Assembly: GCA_951406725.2 (NCBI GenBank)
Contig: OX597822.1
Coordinates: 109,430,001 to 109,494,000, forward strand
Length of the DNA: 64,000 nt
Reading direction: 5' to 3'
DNA from: Octopus vulgaris
Lineage: Eukaryota
How positions within the stretch are numbered: position 1 is the first letter of the stretch; each line of letters starts with the position of its first letter. A program made the translations under genes and the position numbers. The notes under the pieces are model-generated. The model ran no database searches and had not been told where the DNA came from. It saw only the letters and a program-made list of their open reading frames with translations. Shown here piece after piece: positions 54,197-64,000 of this stretch.

Positions 54197-54200
54197 GTAC

Positions 54201-54261
<61 letters not shown>

Positions 54262-54270
54262 CATGCATAC

Positions 54271-54311
<41 letters not shown>

Positions 54312-54367
54312 CATATATATGTACATATATATTTACACACACATACACATATATACTTACATGTGGA

Positions 54368-54690
54368 ATAAGAGCACTCCATCGTTTACGACAACGCGGG
54401 CCCCAGCTGATACGATCAACGGAACAACCTGTTCTTTAAATTTATATGCATGTGGTTGAAGGTTCCACGGACACATGTACACTTAACGCACTTCTCAAGG
54501 AAATTCATCATGACACATGGTGTGAAAAGGCTGGCAATTTCAAATACAGGTATTAATCGTTTTTGGCAGCTGAGAGAACTGGAGCAACGTGACATTGTGT
54601 CTGTGTCTTGCCCAAAGACAGAATGCTTTATTGTGAATTGAACTCACGACGAAATATCGTGAGTCGACAATACCAACCAATAAGGCCAGG
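54368..54690 (-). mobile_element. SINE family C (CORE-like), degenerate
   Basis: cagctgagagaactggagcaacgtga...tgtcttgcccaaagacagaatgc is the reverse complement of the body seen at 56945-57015. Confidence 0.6.
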
Positions 54691-54737
54691 TGCCTTCATG
54701 CGCCTACATACATGTATGCGCCTACATACATGTATGC

Positions 54738-54782
<45 letters not shown>

Positions 54783-55039
54783 CGTATATATATATCCACA
54801 CACACAGTGACATAGGTAGCTAGCTAGATAGATAGAGTTAGAAAGATAGAGAGATATATATACATACACGCTTACATACATACATCGATAGTTTGATAAT
54901 CATAGGTACAAATATGCACATAAATATGGTCACAATATGCGGTATATCAAAGTAATGCCTGGCATATTTTTGGGCCCCTTCTATAAGTACATATGTACAT
55001 AAATACCGTACAAAACACACACATATAAATTAATATATG

Positions 55040-55077
<38 letters not shown>

Positions 55078-55548
55078 GTTTGTGTGTGTGTGTATATACA
55101 CCATTTACTATATGTGTATGAATGATTATGCATATATTTACGTGTGTTTGCTTATGTATGTATATAAGTAGGAATTTAGTAATGTTCGTGTCAGTCATTT
55201 TCGTTTATCCAATTTCAGTATCACATATCTCCGACTGATATTCGACTGTCATGCAATATTCTCACTTAGAGATACTAGGCTCTAAGGCATCATTGCAATA
55301 TTTATGAAATTATCATATTTTTCAATAATAAGCAATCCAAATAACTATGTTTTGTATAAATGTTAAAAGGTCATACCAGGCCTTCATTTAATTGAAAAGT
55401 GTCTGCAATATATAATACACAAAGCAATATATTTGTTCAAATTAAAATATTGTGGAAATGTCAGGGCTCTGCAAAATGAAGCTCCACATTATCTGTTTTG
55501 ATGTTATATATATATATATCTTCAGGAGTTATATATATATTTTATTTT

Positions 55549-55683
55549 TTGAGTGACGATTTCAAGAGGACGATTGGGATCACGTGGATGAGAAAGGCGC
55601 GATCCAGAGAGGAGTGGACAGCGTGCTGTGACCAGCGGTGTCAAACGGACGCCTTTCGGACTGTTCGGTCAAAGTCAAAGTCA
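55549..55683 (+). mobile_element. RTE-type LINE extreme 3' end
   Basis: SDDFKRTIGITWMRKARSREEW C-terminal motif and (gtcaaa)n tail; sits in TA repeats. Confidence 0.6.
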
Positions 55684-55697
55684 TATATATATATATA

Positions 55698-56193
55698 CTA
55701 GCAGTATCGCCCGGCGTTGCTCGGGTTTGTAAGGGAAATAACTATATAAACATTTTTAGAGAGTTACTTCCCTTATAGATGCCAATTCGGGCTTTCTTAG
55801 CCATTTCTGTTTTGGTGTCTTCAAGCCATGAAGTCGTTGTTCTAAAAGAACGCTGGTCTCCTTGACAACGCATTACGACGTTGATTTCATTACACTCCCT
55901 TCCCCACAGCTTCACGAGGGAGGGAAGGGGGAGAAGCAAACAGGTGCAGGTGTTTGAGCGTGGACGCCAACTCCGCCGCCATCGACACACGAAAAATTAC
56001 GTATTAAAATGGAATAAAAAATGATGTTAAATTATTTTTGAAATCGTAGACTCATCGTTGACGCGCGCTAATAGCCAGACGGGCTCGCTATGAATCACGA
56101 CTATAAGATACCCGAATTTGGTTAAACTGCACCGCAAAATGTGGGAGGAGTTAGGAATCTAAATCGAAGGGGACAGACACATACACAACTACA

Positions 56194-56205
<12 letters not shown>
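55698..56205 (-). mobile_element. Non-autonomous Helitron
   Basis: Minus-strand 3' end: cccgagcaacgccggg hairpin, then cgatactg, then CTAG followed by T. The 5' end merges into (TA)n with tatataaaa...tgtgtctgtc. Confidence 0.8.
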
Positions 56206-56233
<28 letters not shown>

Positions 56234-56869
56234 TCAGCCTGATGAAGACTTTCCTAAATTACTCAGGTCCCGTCCTCCATTTATCTGTTGCGCCAAACTT
56301 ATCACTTGAAACCGGTCATATCAGGCCGAAATATCCTACCGCTTTTATGTTCAATCCAACTAGCTCCAATCTCACTCAGACATTCCTTACAATACCATTT
56401 TTATAATAAAAACTGTCAGGTTTTCAAAATCGCACATGCATGACATACAGCATAATGAACTCAATACAAAATGAACAATTAAACATTTCATTATGTGAAT
56501 ACTAAAGGACTAACTCCAGAACTGTTCACTAGTCGTAGTTCTAGTCCTAGTCCTTGTATTTATATTTCGAAAATTGTCAGCAGATACTAATTCGTTAAGT
56601 ATAAAAAATTTTAAATGTCCAAGATATCATTCTCTTACAAAGCGTCCGGACATTGGTTACATGGCTTTCGTGAAACTTTCGTAGTGCATGTATCCAAAAC
56701 ACGTAAATTAAATACCAGTACAAAAGAAACAATTGCTGAACATTAAAACAAGCATATCGGAAATTATAGCCAAAACCTTTTAATGGCAGCTTATCGCTGT
56801 CTTCTTTAAAATTAAGATAATAATTGTTTGCGGGGCATCACTTACCAAAAGGAAGAATGTTATCCCAGT

Positions 56870-57197
56870 CAACATTTCAACGATGGTTTAGAGTATATAG
56901 CTCAATGGATAGTAAAATTATGGACCCGATTACCGGACCGGGCAATGCGTTGTGTTCTTGAGCAAAGCTCTTCATTCCACTTTGCTCCTGTCCACACAAC
57001 TCGAAAAAAATGAGTAATTCTGAACAGGCGCAGGAGTGGCTGTGTGGTAAGTAGCTTGCTAACCAACCGCATGGTTCCGGGTTCAATCCCACTGCATGGC
57101 ATCTTGGGCAAGTGTCTTCTGCTATAGCCCCGGGCCGACCAATGCCTTGTGAGTGGATTTGGTAGACGGAAACTGAAAGAAGCCTGTCGTATATATG

Positions 57198-57234
<37 letters not shown>

Positions 57235-57510
57235 TTGTGTATCTGTGTTTGTCCCCCTAGCATTGCTTGACAATCGATGCTGGTGTGTTTACGTCCCCGT
57301 TACTTAGCGGTTCGAAAAAAAGTGACCGATAGAATAAGTACTGGGCTTACAAAAAGAATAAGTCCCGAGGTCGAGTTGCTCGACTAAAGGCGGAGCTCCA
57401 GCATGGCCGCAGTCAAATAACTGAAACATGTAAAAGAGAGAGAGAGAGAGAGAGAGACCGCCTTCCCGTCCATCAAGGAATATATATACGAAAAGAACCG
57501 GGCCTACAAC
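56870..57510 (+). mobile_element. Old SINE family C copy split by an inserted SINE A
   Basis: gcgttgtgttcttgagcaaa...ttgctcctgtccac...aaaatgagta lies upstream of 57027; GC-richer remnant cccgtcc...gaaccggg lies after 57457. Confidence 0.55.
57027..57436 (+). mobile_element. SINE family A, full length
   Basis: Intact ggcgcaggagtggctgtgtggtaag head through actgaaacatgtaaaag, followed by (GA)n. Confidence 0.92.
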
Positions 57511-57814
57511 CACCACAAAATAGTGTAATTTGTTTGTGTTTTTTCGTTTTAAGAATTAATTCTGTTAGGTAAATATAATCATTCTTATGATCATTTTCGA
57601 TAATAATGTACATTTTAGATTTTAACTAACTGTAGTAATAATTTCAAACATATATAGAAAGCACACATCATGAATTTTACATGGAGGTTGTAAGGTATCA
57701 ATGAAATATATTTTATTCAAACAAGAAGAAATTTTTATGTCAACTATATTACCTGTACTTACTTTCAAATCGTTTAAGCGGTCAAGCTGGATATAATGTC
57801 AAATTTTCCATGAC

Positions 57815-58225
57815 GTTATAAGCCGGGTGCGCTTTTGATCGGGTATCAGAAGAGATGGCATCCATGGAGACAAACTTTGGTATTGCAAAGTTCAATGTAC
57901 AGAATATTTTCAACTTTCTCACGTTATGTGCGAATAACATCGGATTTTTTTATTTATTGCCAATCGTCTGTCATTTATTACACTGCGTTGGACACGATCA
58001 ATGTTTCATCCGAAGGTGGAAATTGCAGGACGCCTAGACATTGGGTCTTCTTCAAGACTCTCTCTTTCCTATCTAAATTCGGTTGCCCACATTTGCACTG
58101 TTGATAAAACTGGAGCGTCATATCCTATTTTGTAGGAACCATTTCTGAATGGATGTCCTTGCTGGCAAATCCGTTCACCTGTAAGTAACACCACGATGCC
58201 AAATTGTGTCGATTTTCAATAGAAG
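57815..58225 (-). mobile_element. Decayed mariner N-terminal fragment
   Basis: KDIHSEM...YDAP..STVQMWATEF...SLEEDP.S.RP...NDRRL...WMP.LL.PDQKR, with stops and frameshifts. Confidence 0.7.
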
Positions 58226-58665
58226 TCGCTACTAGCTACGTTTCAAGTCTTCCTTGAACATTCAGCTGGGAAAAAAAAAACTATAACGTTATTACTAAGA
58301 ATAGTTGAAATGAATGCTTTCAAGATTTCCCAGCTCTACCTTTAGTCCTTCATAGTCAACCAATGAATTTTTCCAGCCCGCACCCGTATATATACAGCAA
58401 AGAAACATGTGTGATCAAACATGTCTGACTTCAACATTATGATCTTTTTACTTGCTTTCCATTATATGAGGTTTAAATTTTCCCAACATTATTTTCTCCT
58501 TTCTACTCCGTTTTGTAACTCTTATCTAAAACAAACCCTCTTATATAATAATATAGCCCCTTCTTACAGCAACTGATGTTGATATTACATGACACTTTCT
58601 CTAAATACCGGTATTGAGATGGATATGTAACGTTACAGATAATTGTAAACTATTTCTATTTCCAG

Positions 58666-58889
58666 TCATACTCCATGCAGCTTTACTATCGACAAGTTTG
58701 GTATGATAAACGACTAGCATTCAACCTAGAAAACATTACAGAACTTCAGTTAAATAACAAATTTCTGCACAATATATGGAAGCCAGACACATACTTTTTG
58801 AATGGAAAGAAGTCTTATCAGCATGATATTACAGTTCCCAATATTTTTTTGAGAATGAGAAAAGATGGCCGTCTTTATGTTTCTCGTAG
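58666..58889 (+). CDS. Cys-loop receptor coding exon C (224 nt; loops D, A, E)
   Basis: Acceptor ttctatttccag|tca and donor cgtag|gtaagt. Translates SYSMQLYYRQVWYDKRLAFNLENITELQLNNKFLHNIWKPDTYFLNGKKSYQHDITVPNIFLRMRKDGRLYVSR(R), with the RQ.W.D.RL, IWKPDTYF.NGK.S and PN..LR...DG motifs and an NIT sequon. Confidence 0.96.
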
Positions 58890-59072
58890 GTAAGTAAATA
58901 TTATTTCAACATTTACGAAGGTAGTACAAATATAGACAACAGCGATAGCATGAAGTGATATACTATCTATAGGTTGTGTGTACCAAAATACACTCACTGA
59001 TACGCATACATATTTATAACATGTACATATAGATACACAGTTACCTGGGTATATGTATATATATATATATAC

Positions 59073-59122
<50 letters not shown>

Positions 59123-59809
59123 GTGTGTTTGTGTTTGTGTGTGTGTGTTTGTGTGGTGTATGTGTGTGTCCATGCATGTGTTTGAGTGTTTACACATCGT
59201 AATTTAGAAACATTCAGAAATATGGAGATAATCTCACCAATGTTTTTCCATTTTTTAGACTGCAAGAATTATATTTTACAAGATATAATGAAAGATATTA
59301 TTAGTAGTAGCATTTGCTTTCGATCACCTCCAGAAAAAAACGTTGCTTTTACTAATCTAGGATGTTTCTAACTAAAGCACTGAATTTGTAGATACTTAAC
59401 ATTTTGTTAGTAAGTTTAAATATTGGTGCTTACATGATTGATAATTACTTTATCTTAAATTTTAGAACCGTCTGATATCTAGTCGTTGGGGATTTACCCG
59501 GGTCGCTGCTCACTTTTCTGTGTTATTTATTTTGATTTCTCATTATATTTTAGACGTTCAATCTAAGTGCATTAAGCATCTGCAAAACTTGGTGAACATA
59601 TCTGTGTATAGATATATATCTAGTATAACAGTAAGAGTTCAGATTCTTATGTATGTGAGTTTACTCTTGAATGGCTCTGAAACTGTGCGTCCTCGAGTAA
59701 AACGAATTTGATTTTCAAATCTTCGTCCCAAAGAGAATGCTGTCCATAAATAATAATCAAAAATGTAATTTGCTACGAGAAATAACTGAACTTTTAGATC
59801 GACAAATCT

Positions 59810-59869
<60 letters not shown>

Positions 59870-60290
59870 CATCACCAGGCTGTCTCTGCTTTGCGCCCCC
59901 CCCCTTTTGCTATGTAATTAACCCATTTCTTATCATTCTCTCTCTCCTCTCTCTTTCTCTATTTTCCCCTCTCTTGCTCTCTGTATATTTGTTATCTCTC
60001 ACGAATTACTTTCATTTTCTATAAAACTTCGTCTTGTAAAATTTACTTTCATTCTTATGATTCGCCCAAACTGCTAGTTTCCGAATCGTGTTTTCGAATT
60101 GAGCAGAAATGATTACAAAATCGGATTCAGCGTGAAGTACATAAATATGTAAATTTTGAAAACTTTCACTTAATTATAAAATTTCAAGATCTATGACATC
60201 AGCAAAAAACAACTCTCTCTTTTTCTCCCTCTTTATCTTTTCTCTCTCTCTCTTTATGTCTTTGGTATACCATAAGTGGCTAACTTGTAT

Positions 60291-60331
<41 letters not shown>

Positions 60332-60539
60332 AATTATTGTATACAGTGCTCAGGTGCACCACAACTTTTCTCTCTTTCTATTTGTCAATCTCCTTTATTT
60401 TTCGCTTTTCTCATTGTAGACTTACACATCTTTATAAATAGTTACCCCTCTTTCTCTCACTCTCTGTGAAAGAAAGAATATCGCCGTGCCCTTTTATCTG
60501 ACAATAAGTTTTATTGTCGAATCTAAAGGTATTTTCTTC

Positions 60540-62780
60540 TAGTACCAGGCGTGTGAAGTCAGTCTTGAAGCGTTCATTTACCCCTTTTCTATGTTACTCT
60601 GCCCAGTGTTCGATTGCTTCTAAGTCTATAGTGTGAACTATATTAGTTTAGAGATTGGTGACATCAAAACTCGTTAGTACCTTCTGCGACAGTGGGAAGG
60701 ATGGGTTGGATGAAATTTAAGCCATCCCGTACATAACGGGGTATTAAAGGGCACAAAGATTTTAGGAGTATATCTAAGAAATGACTTAGTTGCTGTGTTG
60801 GTGCTTGAGGTCCAGCAAATATTGGTCTTAGTTTTAGATCAGCAGGCCTTAGAATGTTTATTTATTGGTACGCTGTTTATTTAGGACACATTGTATTTTG
60901 GTTATTTTGTCGATTTTGAGTAATCCGTAGAAATTGCTCTGTTTGAGTGCAGAGTTGCATATATAATGTTACTCCTTGTCAGTGAAGGAATCTTGGAATT
61001 CATTGATTAGCCTTCCGATGTTATACTTTACTATTTTTCGGAGTGTCTTGGTTCTTCCTTGTAGTAGGTATGGTCTGTTAACATTTACAGTATTTTATCT
61101 TTATAATAGACCTAGTCCATGATTACTATCGTTCCTATCTTAGCTTTTTTAAGACGATTCAGTTGCCATTCTTCAGTGTTTCTAAGGCTTGCTTTTCTCT
61201 TCACGAATGATTTGTTTGCATCTGTGCGTACTGAGAGGAAATTTTAAAATCGTGCCTGTACACACGTCTACATATTTGTCCTTTCCCTTCTAGTGGGTGA
61301 AGTGCGATTTATTTCTGACTATTTATTCATCATTTAAATCTTTGCTGCTGAAGAATTCTATTAGTCGGAGGTGGCGGTTGATGTGGTCAATATCAGATTT
61401 TAGATGAATGAGAAGAGGGCTGAGTGTCGGAGTAAACTCGAAGCCTTTTAATAGGAGATTCATCTCATTCTCGTTCAGATTTCTATTTGACAAATTTATA
61501 ATCTTCGGGTCTATATGTTCTGTGTTACCGTGTCCCCATTTTCTGATCTCGGCGTTCTGGTCTCCATGTAGGCGGGTGGATGGTACTTGTCTTTTATATG
61601 AATCCCGTTGGTTATAAGTTATGTTTTCTTCCCATCTTCCATGCTTTTTTTCATCATTCACGATATATGAGATTTTTGGTTGTAAAACCAGGGTTGCTTG
61701 TATTATCTTGATGATTATTATTCATATTTTAGTACCTGTGCTGTCCGTATTATATTTGTCTTTCTTCCCATGTATCCACCTAGGGTACATGTTATTACAG
61801 ATTAGCGGTTGTCAATATGTTATTTTTCTTTGATAACTTTTTTCTTTTGTATTTATCTCTCTATCGTGTTTGAAATTACAGGTAGTTGGTTGTCTTCTAT
61901 ATTTCATGTGTTGACTATTTGCGGTGTTATATATCGTAGAATATGGGCTTCTAGCCTGTACTTGGGATTAGATGGAGGTCATTTCCGCGTATGTTTTGGG
62001 TAATAAGAGGTTCGATATCTTAGTCTGGTTCCTCTGGGGTCGGTGTCTATGTTTGTTTTCGATTTCCTTGTATTTTTTGTTGTTGTGGTTTCGTTTTCAT
62101 AATGTATTTTTTTCCATAGTTGTTTTCATAGTTACTGAACCACTCTTGTTCTTTTCCCCACATTCTTAGGAAGTTTTCTTCTTCCCGTTTTGAGTCTTCT
62201 TTCCATAGTATTTGCAGGTTTTCATAACATTGATTGTCACTCTGCTCAGCGATATCAGCAATCATAACATCGGCAATTTTTTTACCTTCTGTTTGTGTCG
62301 TATTTTTCGTGATCGCAGAAAAGCGATTTCTGCTCCTAGTCGGCATAAAGCTAAATTCGCGCGTATCATTGTCTCTTCCAGTGATTCACTTGGGTAGGAT
62401 TGGGATTTCATTGCTTAGGTGTTGGCTATATTGCTGCATCGAATGCTTTTCCAATATACATGTTTCCGTGGAATAAGAAGTTTCTCCCAGAGTTATGGTT
62501 TCAAGTGATTCTGTTGTTGTATATAAAGTATTGCTATATTCTTGTTGTTCGTCTCTTTTTTTAGAGCACCTTGTGTATTGGTATCATTCATAGTTTTATC
62601 TGCATTGGTGAAGATTGTGTCAAGTCTTGAGATAAGTAAATTCAACTTAGATATTTCTGAGAGAAGTTCTCGGCTGCCAGTTTGATTGTTATCCATTTAT
62701 TCTGGCGTCTTGTACAACTAAGGAGATATGAATAGAGTGTTAGGTCTGGTGTACAGAAATTGAATATTGAGAAAAAAAAG
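60540..62780 (-). mobile_element. Decayed Penelope-like element, 5' half
   Basis: IINLSNRNLNENEMNLLLKGFEFTPT...DID...R.LRLIEFF; IVLKKA.IG.IVIMD; LRPIFAGPQAPTQQLSHFLDILLK.L...IPRYVRD. Confidence 0.85.
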
Positions 62781-62996
62781 TCGTCAGAATTTGGGGAAAA
62801 AATCTTTTTATTTCTTCATTACTATTAGCGCTTTCGTTCGTTTCTCGAACTCGTTAAATTTGATAATGTGAATGTACAAACAGCTTGTTCATTTATACAA
62901 AACATATGTTTTATGGGTGTTTTGTTTAGAAGAAGAGAACATTGTTTTTCTTTGGGGGGGGGGGAGTGAGGTTCCATGACAATGGAGATAGATAGA

Positions 62997-63066
<70 letters not shown>

Positions 63067-63531
63067 TTCAGTAATTTATCTGTGACCAAGCTGAAGGATT
63101 TTAGTAGACCATATTTTTAAATATTAAAACATTTTTTTAAAGCCAAGTACTTATTCTATCAGGCACTTTTGCCGAACCGACAAAGAAAATGTGTATATAT
63201 ACACATATATAAATATGAGTGTGTATGCGTGTTCGACTGTGATATGTATTTTTTTGTTTGTCGTATGTATATGCTTTTTTTATTAGTTTACACACACATC
63301 TCTAATACAATTGAAATATAACTGGAATAACGTCGTCTTTGGAGAGCATTCTTTTTTGATATAACACTCAGGAAAAGTGAACCTCACAAATTAACATTAT
63401 TTATACATCGCGATATAATATATTCATTACAATACGGGCATATTTCAACAGTGCTTCTGTGCGATCAGAGGACTTGAATCGACAAATGAATACACACAAA
63501 CACATACAAAAACACATATGTTATTTATATA

Positions 63532-63751
63532 TACTCTTTTACTCTTTTACTCTTTTACTTGTTTCAGTCATTTGACTGCGGCCATGCTGGAGTACCGCCT
63601 TTAATCGAGCAACTCGACCCCGGGACTTGTTGTTTTGTAAGCCCAGTACTTATTCTATCGGTCTCTTTTGCCGAACCGCTAAGTAACGGGGACATAAACA
63701 CACCAGCATCGGTTGTCAAGCAATGCTAGGGGGACAAACACAGACACACGA

Positions 63752-63782
<31 letters not shown>

Positions 63783-63820
63783 AATATATACGATGGGCTT
63801 CTTTAAGTTTCCTTTCAGTT
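63532..63820 (-). mobile_element. SINE family A, head missing
   Basis: (tctttta c)n-type tail and body are the reverse complement of about 35640-35931. Confidence 0.9.
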
Positions 63821-64000
63821 TATATATATATATATATATATAAAACAAAGGATGTGTGTGTATGTAGTAGGTGTGTATTTCTATAGTTTTCAACCGATTT
63901 TCATCACAGTTAACCACACATTCCTTACGTGCAAAGGATCATCACTCGATATAACATTTTGCCCAAAGCTCTAGCATAAAGCGAAAAACCGGGAAAGACG

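Noticed and set aside
57027-57095. tRNA-like sequence with A/B boxes
   Set aside because: It is the head of a multi-copy SINE and does not form a full cloverleaf.
58666-58889. Cephalopod chemotactile receptor
   Set aside because: Those derive from nicotinic receptors; the motifs and intron positions here are GABA/Gly-type.
60419-60441. ttgtag|a ctt aca looks like the start of the next (Cys-loop) exon 'RLT'
   Set aside because: It reads LTHLYK then stop, with no C-x13-C; the true exon must lie beyond the window.

Overview
Eukaryotic, very AT-rich and microsatellite-dense DNA. The SINE families and (TA)n/(CA)n/(ATT)n load suggest an octopus or other coleoid cephalopod (inference). Almost the whole window is intronic sequence of one + strand Cys-loop (pentameric) ligand-gated ion channel gene of the GABA-A alpha-like/Grd group. 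Three coding exons (1721-1818, 37839-37906, 58666-58889) have canonical AG/GT sites and matching phases and splice into the N-terminal extracellular domain across introns of about 36.0 and 20.8 kb; only the third shows in the ORF track. The introns hold mostly decayed mobile elements: R4/Dong-type LINEs joined to (TAA)n tracts, two Penelope-like elements, RTE and CR1-type fragments, a full-length defective mariner, a non-autonomous Helitron, three SINE families, short TA-embedded elements with hammerhead-ribozyme-like cores, and several local duplications. Most listed ORFs are microsatellite artefacts. Family names come from motif recognition by eye, not from database searches.
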